Source of the DNA: Pyrinomonadaceae bacterium
GTDB taxonomy: Bacteria > Acidobacteriota > Blastocatellia > Pyrinomonadales > Pyrinomonadaceae
NCBI GenBank assembly: GCA_035257785.1
Contig: DATEWS010000451.1
Location: forward strand, 1 to 28,838
Length of the DNA: 28,838 bases
Reading direction: 5' to 3'
The translations under genes and the position numbers were made by a program. The notes beneath the pieces were generated by a model that saw only the letters and a list, made by a program, of their open reading frames with translations, was not told the DNA's origin and did not search any database. Positions 8,054 through 14,668 of this stretch are shown piece after piece; within the stretch, counting starts at the first letter, position 1; each line of letters starts with the position of its first letter.

Positions 8054-10336
8054 ATGAGCAGTCGCAGCCCCAGCGAAAACTTCCGCCGCATCCTCGGCCG
8101 CGTGGTCCAGCAGGACTTTGTCGGCCGTGCAGAGGAACTTGACCGCATCATGGTCCACGCGGAACCCACCAATGCCGGCCGTGGTCTGCTGCTCCTGATG
8201 GAACCTTCTGCGGGCGTCTCTGAGCTGCTGCGCCAGGCCTACGATCAACTCTTCAACCAGCACACTGACGTCATCCCTATCTACTTTGCGATCACGCCCA
8301 ACGAGACCACAGCCGTCAGCGCTGCGATCGAGTTTCTCAACACATTCGTCCAGCAATACATCGCCTTTCGCCGCAACGAGCCCGTCGTCTCAAACGCGCC
8401 CTTAACCTTGCAGGAATTACAGGAGCTCGCACTGCCTACGGATCTCGAATGGATCGAACAACTCATCGAGTCGTACAACCGCCTGCGCTTCGGTAACGAC
8501 GACAAAGCACTGGTCCGCTTCTGTCTCGGCGCGCCACAACGCGTTCCCTCCGGTCGTGGCCGGCCCTTCGTAATGCTCGACGGTTCGCAGCTCGCTGAGT
8601 ATCTAAATGGCGCCGTAGTTTTGGGAACGGAAATCCTGCGCGTGTTCGCACGTGGCAGTTTCTCTTTCGTTCTCGCCGGGCTGCGTCGCCAGATCCTCGA
8701 AGCAGCACACGACGCAAAGTGTGACTTCGAATTCCTGGACACGCTGCGTCTCGAACAACTCGACACGAACGACGCAACAAAACTCGTCGAACACGTCGCG
8801 CAGCGCCAGCAGGTAACGACGAGCGAGATCGCGCGCGATCTGCTGGTCCAACAATTCGCCGGCAGCCCGTTTTTCATCAACATCTTTTTGCAGGCAGCAC
8901 GCGAGAAACACACGTCGCTTATCTCTTATCTCGATTGCCAACGGCTCTACGTCGATGAACTCTTCGGCGGTCATATTCACCGTCACTTTGCTGATTTACT
9001 CGAAGAAATCTCGCCACGTCTCGACACGCGTCATCTTCTAATTCGATTGCTTTGGGAAGCGGCTGCGGGTGAAGAGCAGGTCTCGTCGTTTGAAGTCTGG
9101 CGCAAACGTCTTCACATGGCGGCGAGTGAACTCGAAGACGTGCTGCATCGATTGCACGTGCAGGAGTTTATTAACTGGGACGGAGCGACAGTCGAAGCCG
9201 GAGCTGGACCACAGGCGTGGAAAGACTATCTCAAGATTCGCTATCGACTTGATGTGCTCAACGAGCCGCGCGCTCTCGTTGTGGCCGACATGCTGGCCGA
9301 CTCTCTCAAGCGCGCGCCGCACACGATGGCGCGACACTACAAACAGATCGCAGACGCGGGCTTGCGCGATTTGATCTCGCACTTCAACTGCCAGCGAGTG
9401 CCTGCGGTACTCTTCGACTATGAGAGCTTCAGCAACAAGTACAGAGGCGCGGAGAGCGAGACAATCGCCTCAGGACTCGCAGCCGAAACTGAGTTCGTTA
9501 AACTGCCGCAGACCATCCATCTCGCCAGTTGCGCGGCTTTCTTCAACGATATGCGTCAGGTCTGCGAAGAGGACCACTGTCTTGTCGCGCACACGTTCGA
9601 AGAGGGAAGTTATTCCGACGCGCAACAGGTGATCTGGCTCGCAGCGGACATCAAGTCAAAGCTCGAAGTCGACGTCGAAGTCGCACGCTCCTGGTGCGAT
9701 CGACTCGAGAACATGGCCGAGCGTCTCAGCTTCAGTCGTTTTCAGATCTGGCTAATTTCAAACGAAGGTTTCTCAGACCAGGCCGGACGATTACTCGAGC
9801 GTCGCAAAGCTTTTGGCTCGAGTCGTCAGCAACTGGGCCTGCTTGCTGCGCGTCTAGGCGAGGCTGTTGTGAGCGATATCGTACAGACGAGCGAGCGCGA
9901 CGAGTTTCTGATGGTGGTTCCGATGGGCGAGGACAACGAGCTGATTGCAGCCAACACTGCCGAGCAGATCGCGAAGCGTTTGACCTTTCGTCCGGAGGCA
10001 ATCAACCAGATAAAAACGGCGATTGTCGAGGCTTGTATCAACGCCTCCGAGCACAGTTTCAGCCCCGATCGAAAAATTTATCAACGTTTTCGCGTCGAAA
10101 GTGATAGATTAGTCATCACAATTTCGAGTCGCGGCATCGTGCCCGCCAATCTAAACGGCGCGAATAGCGGATCAGAAGCGAAAGAAGCGGCGGAAGAAAG
10201 ACGCGGTTGGGGACTTAAACTCATCCGAACTCTCATGGATGAGGTCGAGTTTGAACGAGTCGACGACGGCACCAGTTTGCGCATGACCAAGTATTTGCGG
10301 TCACAGAAAAGCACAAAAGGCGCAAGCGAATCTTAA
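8054..10336 (+). CDS. Multidomain protein (760 aa): degenerate STAND/AAA-like NTPase, wHTH, possible PD-(D/E)xK-like domain, and C-terminal RsbW/SpoIIAB-type GHKL (HATPase_c_2) domain
   Basis: FVGRAEEL (AAA_16-like pre-Walker motif), degenerate Walker A EPSAGVS, Walker B FVMLDG, STAND GxP motif AGSPFFI. C-terminus has EACINASEH (N-box), RGWGLKLI (G-box) and MDEVEF...GTSLRMTK. ATG 8054 preferred because TTG 8009 lies inside a repeat. The C-terminal call is firm; the N-terminal and middle calls are less so. Confidence 0.8.
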   Translation: MSSRSPSENFRRILGRVVQQDFVGRAEELDRIMVHAEPTNAGRGLLLLMEPSAGVSELLRQAYDQLFNQHTDVIPIYFAITPNETTAVSAAIEFLNTFVQQYIAFRRNEPVVSNAPLTLQELQELALPTDLEWIEQLIESYNRLRFGNDDKALVRFCLGAPQRVPSGRGRPFVMLDGSQLAEYLNGAVVLGTEILRVFARGSFSFVLAGLRRQILEAAHDAKCDFEFLDTLRLEQLDTNDATKLVEHVAQRQQVTTSEIARDLLVQQFAGSPFFINIFLQAAREKHTSLISYLDCQRLYVDELFGGHIHRHFADLLEEISPRLDTRHLLIRLLWEAAAGEEQVSSFEVWRKRLHMAASELEDVLHRLHVQEFINWDGATVEAGAGPQAWKDYLKIRYRLDVLNEPRALVVADMLADSLKRAPHTMARHYKQIADAGLRDLISHFNCQRVPAVLFDYESFSNKYRGAESETIASGLAAETEFVKLPQTIHLASCAAFFNDMRQVCEEDHCLVAHTFEEGSYSDAQQVIWLAADIKSKLEVDVEVARSWCDRLENMAERLSFSRFQIWLISNEGFSDQAGRLLERRKAFGSSRQQLGLLAARLGEAVVSDIVQTSERDEFLMVVPMGEDNELIAANTAEQIAKRLTFRPEAINQIKTAIVEACINASEHSFSPDRKIYQRFRVESDRLVITISSRGIVPANLNGANSGSEAKEAAEERRGWGLKLIRTLMDEVEFERVDDGTSLRMTKYLRSQKSTKGASES

Positions 10337-10387
10337 CAAGGGAACCAGAAAACAAAGTTCAATTAAGCTTTTGTCCCTTTTAGTGGC
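10300..10387. repeat. Degenerate REP-like inverted repeat, family C, straddling the stop codon of the upstream CDS
   Basis: GTCACAGAAAAGCACAAAAGG (10300-10320) pairs imperfectly with GCTTTTGTCCCTTTTAGTGGC (10367-10387) and resembles GCCACAAAAAGGCAC at 14544 and 28804. Confidence 0.55.
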
Positions 10388-10416
10388 AAACATTCGAGGC
10401 AGGAGGGAGCTTTCGA

Positions 10417-10797
10417 GTGGATACACCAAGTGGCAAGCTAGTACGCTCACATTGTGTTGGCACCACTGCGGTTGTTTACGCAAGCGACTACCTTAATAAG
10501 CTGACCGGCGAGAAGATCGAGCGCGAATGTCGCCGGCAACTGAATTGTGGGTGCCGCGCGCTCGTGATCGACTTCAGCGATACCAAACTGGTCAACAGTA
10601 TAGGTGTCTCAATCCTCCTCGGCATCATCGACGTCGCCGAAAAATGCGGCGCTCGCATCGCCTTTTCAGAAGTGAATAACGAAACAGTCCAGCTATTCGA
10701 AATGCTTGGACTGACTCGCCACGTTGTCCTCGCGAAAGACGAACGAGAAGCGCTGATGAATCTTTCGCACTATGAGACTACTCCCATAGTCCACTGA
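10417..10797 (+). CDS. STAS-domain anti-sigma factor antagonist (RsbV/SpoIIAA-like)
   Basis: 126 aa; LVIDFSDTKLVNSIGVSILL matches the STAS phospho-Ser loop (D-L/F-S...D/N-S-x-G); VQLFEMLGL. GTG start with GGAGG upstream. Confidence 0.88.
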   Translation: MDTPSGKLVRSHCVGTTAVVYASDYLNKLTGEKIERECRRQLNCGCRALVIDFSDTKLVNSIGVSILLGIIDVAEKCGARIAFSEVNNETVQLFEMLGLTRHVVLAKDEREALMNLSHYETTPIVH

Positions 10798-10801
10798 TTC
10801 C

Positions 10802-12064
10802 ATGGAGCCTTCGACTCAGAAACTGATCCACACATTCGGAGCGCTTGCCGACCTGGGCCAGGAGATTGCCGGCACCGGCGATTTCAATGAGATGGTCCGT
10901 ACGTCGATGCACATGCTGCTCGGGACGCTCGCATTGCGACGCGGTGCCGTGGTGGAGTGTACTTCCGGTGGTCCACTTCGTTGCGCCGCGCTCTGGGGTC
11001 TCAGCGACCAGATGTTTGACGGGTTTGAGATCGACGAGCTCGAAAAGCAGTCATTTCTCCAGGGCGATCCAAGTGAACTGCTGGTCAGCAGCACAGAGGT
11101 CACGAACACCTTCATTAATCGACATCGTGACAAACTCACAGCCGAGGGCATCGAACTCGTCTTGCCGATGATCGTGCGTGGTGAAGTGACAGGCATGGTC
11201 CTGCTCGGCGGCAAAGCCAGTGGTGAAGAGTTTTCAGAAGATGACTTCGAAACGATTCGCGCGATGGTCCGTCACATCGGTGTCGGGATTCACACGCATC
11301 GTTTACTCGAACAGGTGGCGCAGCGAGCGGAAGAGAATCGAAGACTGTATGAAGAGTTGCGCGCGATCTATCGCGACACAGTAAGGGCGTTTGCGGCGGC
11401 GATCGATATCAAAGACAAGTACACGCAGGGTCACTCGGAACGTGTGGGCAGGTACAGCGAGATCATCGCGCGTGAGATGGGTTGGAGTGAAGAAGAAGTC
11501 GAGGGAATTCAGATTGCTGGATACCTGCACGACATCGGCAAGTTGATCGTCGATCGCGACATCATCAACGCGCCTTACAACATCGATGCGAAGAATTCGA
11601 GTGAACTGAATCGACATCCTGCGGCGGGATACGAGATCCTGTCGCCGATCAATCATCCTTACGCGGACATACCGTTGATGGCTAAGTACCATCACGAGCG
11701 TCTCGATGGGCGTGGTTATCCGGATGGATTGACGGACGAGCAGATCCCGATCGGCGCAAAGATCGTTTCGCTAGCGGATTCATTTGACGCAATGACGACG
11801 GATCGTCCTTACCGGCGGCGGCGATCGTTTGAAGACGTTGTACGCGATCTGCGGGAGAACAGTGGCAAGCAGTTCGATGGCAAGGTTGTGGCTGCGTTTG
11901 CGAGAGCGATGCTGAAAGAGGTCAAGGGCGAAACCAAAGATCGACGCATCACGAAGATGCTCGGCAAAAGCTACCTCGAAGGTGAACAAGTCCCGACTTT
12001 ACTCACGGATCTCATCTCCGACCTGGAAGAAGTCTCGCGCAGCGGCGCAGCGGCACAACGCTAA
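10802..12064 (+). CDS. GAF + HD-GYP cyclic-dinucleotide phosphodiesterase
   Basis: GAF-like N-terminus (LVLPMIVRGEVTGMVLLGGK), coiled-coil linker, then DKYTQGHSERV, LHDIGK, HHERLDGRGYPDGL, ADSFDAMTTDRPYR. Confidence 0.92.
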   Translation: MEPSTQKLIHTFGALADLGQEIAGTGDFNEMVRTSMHMLLGTLALRRGAVVECTSGGPLRCAALWGLSDQMFDGFEIDELEKQSFLQGDPSELLVSSTEVTNTFINRHRDKLTAEGIELVLPMIVRGEVTGMVLLGGKASGEEFSEDDFETIRAMVRHIGVGIHTHRLLEQVAQRAEENRRLYEELRAIYRDTVRAFAAAIDIKDKYTQGHSERVGRYSEIIAREMGWSEEEVEGIQIAGYLHDIGKLIVDRDIINAPYNIDAKNSSELNRHPAAGYEILSPINHPYADIPLMAKYHHERLDGRGYPDGLTDEQIPIGAKIVSLADSFDAMTTDRPYRRRRSFEDVVRDLRENSGKQFDGKVVAAFARAMLKEVKGETKDRRITKMLGKSYLEGEQVPTLLTDLISDLEEVSRSGAAAQR

Positions 12065-12092
12065 AACCTTGCGTCGCTGCGCCGCTGCGTGA
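12035..12092. terminator. REP-like inverted repeat, family B, between convergent genes; likely bidirectional terminator or processing hairpin
   Basis: CGCAGCGGCGCAGCG (12038-12052) / CGCTGCGCCGCTGCG (12075-12089): perfect 15 bp, extendable to 18 with one G-U. Followed by an A-run. Terminator function is inferred. Confidence 0.65.
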
Positions 12093-12096
12093 AAAA

Positions 12097-12957
12097 TTAC
12101 TTAGGCTGGATTCGCAGAACAAAATTGCAGATCGCAATCTTCTGATCGGGCGCGACTTCGGTCGGTTCTTCGCGGATTAACTCTTTCCCATTCACGACCG
12201 TCGGATTTCGGCCCTTCGCCACGAGCCAGTATCGCCCTTCATTATCACGCGACAGCACCGCATGAACGCGACTCACTTCCGGATCGCCTTTGATCGGAAG
12301 GTCCACCGAGATACTCCGCGAACCACGACCAATCGTTATTTCGTTTTTGGCGATGGGAACCACTGCTTCGCGCACGCCGCTGCGCCACACCTCAACCGAG
12401 TAAAGCGCCTGCGCCTTCGGACGTACGACAGTTTGCTCACTCTCGCTGATTACATCCGAAGCACGCTCTACCACCGTGTCGTTCGGATTAAACGCGGGCG
12501 CCGTCTGCCCCGGATTTACACGCGGCGTCACCATCGTGTGACCACTCTCCGTCTCATCCCAAACTGCCTGCACGCGAAACTCACCCTTATTCAACGTTCC
12601 ATCAACACGCAGTTCAACTGCAAATGACTTGACTGCCAGTTGCGTCTGTCCGCTCAGCTCGCGCGCGCGTTCGGAAAGCACGTGAAAGAGTCCCTGCTCG
12701 AGTCCACGACGCTTATCGCCCTGCCAATCCTTATCGTCATCGGCGCTGAGGTAAACGATGTATTCGCGGGGAATGTAGGTTGGACCACCTGGCGGCGTGA
12801 ACATCTCGCGCTGCATCGCAGCCTCGACTTCGCGCGCAATCTTCACGAGAAACTCTTCCCACACGCGGCGGGGCTTGGCATGTTCGTCGGCGGCTTCGAG
12901 TAGATCCTCGCCTGTTTCACCGTCTATCCATTTTCTGATCGATTCAAGCAGGCCCAA
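12097..12957 (-). CDS. FhaA-like protein: DUF3662-like N-terminal domain + C-terminal FHA domain
   Basis: N-terminal ...TYIPREYIVYLS...GEFRVQA pattern; FHA motifs IGRG, VSRVHA, GRNPTVVNG. TTG start with AAGGAG 7 nt upstream. Confidence 0.85.
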   Translation of the reverse strand: MGLLESIRKWIDGETGEDLLEAADEHAKPRRVWEEFLVKIAREVEAAMQREMFTPPGGPTYIPREYIVYLSADDDKDWQGDKRRGLEQGLFHVLSERARELSGQTQLAVKSFAVELRVDGTLNKGEFRVQAVWDETESGHTMVTPRVNPGQTAPAFNPNDTVVERASDVISESEQTVVRPKAQALYSVEVWRSGVREAVVPIAKNEITIGRGSRSISVDLPIKGDPEVSRVHAVLSRDNEGRYWLVAKGRNPTVVNGKELIREEPTEVAPDQKIAICNFVLRIQPK

Positions 12958-12985
12958 ACTTTCGCTCCTTCTGCCGCACGCAAAA

Positions 12986-14533
12986 TCAGTCGAACTTTAC
13001 GTATATCTTTCGAATCCAGCCACGGTCCGAAGAGTATGGATCGGTCTTCGGCCGCGCATGTTCCAACACCTGCACTTCGTACCAATTGGGATCGGCATTC
13101 AAGATCTTAACCTTTGATCCTGACTCAGCGAGTCCGATGGGAGCGTTATTCGCGCTGCTCGCGATCGGTCGCAGATTTACATCGGTCGTCGTCACACCCT
13201 GCCGCCCAATCGGCTCAACATTCTGTATGGTGGTCAGCGGATTCCAATGCGTCGTCACGTACTTGTGCGTCGCCAATAGCATTCCGGAAAACGCGAGGAT
13301 CAAACCCAACGCAACTAAAGCGCGCCGCTTGCGGCTGGCAGGAAATACAGACGCTGTTACTGGTGGACCGATCGTCTCGAATCTACGTTCCGGTTCAACT
13401 CTCGCATCCTGACGCGTTTGCAGTTCCCGCTGACGCCGCGTTTCCATTCCGACACTGATCGGCACAACGATCCGCGGACGTCTTTGTGAATCAAGCTCGG
13501 TCAGCACCGGACGCGGCACATCGAAGTGCGGTCGCGGCGGCGCCGCTTCCGTGAACTCCTCTTCAGGCTCGACTGACAGATCCGCGCTCGGCTTCCGACG
13601 CATCTGCTGCAACTCAGGCGTCACCATCTGTAACGGCCGCGTCGGCGGCAGGCTCGCATCGGCAATGTCGTCCCAGAACTCTTCAACAGTTTGATAACGA
13701 GCTTCAGGCCGATTTTGAGTCGCCTTTTCAAGCACGCGCAGCACTGGCCTGGACCAAAACTCCTCGCTTATGTGCGACGGCAACTCGCTGATTGCGTGTT
13801 GCGCGAAGCGACGCGGCGATTCACCCGCAAGCAACGTGTACGTCGTCTTCGCAAGCGAATAGATGTCGGCTGCCGGAGTCAGGTGAACGTGCTGCAATCG
13901 CAATCCGGTGGTGTCGAGTTGCCCCGTTTGCATTAAGGGGTTGTGCTCGGGCGCTGAATAGATGTTTGTTCCGACTCTCGTAATCGCACCGTCAGTGTTG
14001 TCGAGACGAGCGACGCCGAAGTCCGCGATCTTCACGACCTCCTGATCGGCGGTGAGCAAAAGGTTTTGCGGTTTGATGTCGCGATGGATGACGCCGCACT
14101 TGTGCGCATGTGCGAGTCCGGAACAGACCTGCTCGAGATAAAACAGCGCTCGCTTGAGCGATAACGGTCGCGTCTTCGTCAACGCAAAGAGATCGCCGCC
14201 GGGCAAATATTCGAGCACGATGTAATGAAACGTTGTGCCCGCGAGATCGATGGCGGTTCCGTGACCAAGGCGATTGATGACGTTCGGATGGCGCACCCGA
14301 TCGAGCGCCACCGCTTCGTTCTGAAAATTCGTGACCAGAGTTCGCTCGAGCTCGGCATCCGGCGCGTCCTGGAGATAGAGATTCAGCGCCTTGATGACGA
14401 TGGTGCGCGCTGCGCCTTCAGGTGCGGCGTTGTCGTTGGCGACGTAGATCTCAGCATAACTGCCGCGTCCGAGGCATTCGAGGATGTCATACCGCCCATC
14501 GAGTCTGCTCTGTTGAAGTTTGAGTTCCGACAT
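12986..14533 (-). CDS. Hanks-type Ser/Thr protein kinase with a TM helix and a C-terminal SH3b-like domain
   Basis: GRGSYA, VIK, HRDIKPQN, DFG, GTNIYSAPE, DIYSL; TM ALVALGLILAFSGMLLA; tail TTTDVNLR...GSKVKILNADPNWYEVQV...GWI resembles bacterial SH3. Confidence 0.92.
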   Translation of the reverse strand: MSELKLQQSRLDGRYDILECLGRGSYAEIYVANDNAAPEGAARTIVIKALNLYLQDAPDAELERTLVTNFQNEAVALDRVRHPNVINRLGHGTAIDLAGTTFHYIVLEYLPGGDLFALTKTRPLSLKRALFYLEQVCSGLAHAHKCGVIHRDIKPQNLLLTADQEVVKIADFGVARLDNTDGAITRVGTNIYSAPEHNPLMQTGQLDTTGLRLQHVHLTPAADIYSLAKTTYTLLAGESPRRFAQHAISELPSHISEEFWSRPVLRVLEKATQNRPEARYQTVEEFWDDIADASLPPTRPLQMVTPELQQMRRKPSADLSVEPEEEFTEAAPPRPHFDVPRPVLTELDSQRRPRIVVPISVGMETRRQRELQTRQDARVEPERRFETIGPPVTASVFPASRKRRALVALGLILAFSGMLLATHKYVTTHWNPLTTIQNVEPIGRQGVTTTDVNLRPIASSANNAPIGLAESGSKVKILNADPNWYEVQVLEHARPKTDPYSSDRGWIRKIYVKFD

Positions 14534-14542
14534 TTAATTTTT

Positions 14543-14624
14543 AGCCACAAAAAGGCACACAAGGCACCTAACAGAACCAAACCGTTCTTTTACGCCTACG
14601 TGCCTTTGGTGCCTTTTTGTGGCT
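14543..14624. repeat. REP-like inverted repeat, family C
   Basis: AGCCACAAAAAGGCAC (14543-14558) / GTGCCTTTTTGTGGCT (14609-14624): perfect 16 bp, plus inner AAGGCAC/GTGCCTT. Confidence 0.85.
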
Positions 14625-14668
14625 CATTTCGCACCTTAGATGCCTCACAAGAGATCATGGTTCTGTGC

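Noticed and set aside
8054-10336. Avs-type antiviral STAND defence gene
   Set aside because: Walker motifs are degenerate, there is no C-terminal TPR sensor, and the context is c-di-GMP and partner switching, not a defence island. Not fully excluded given the possible nuclease fold.
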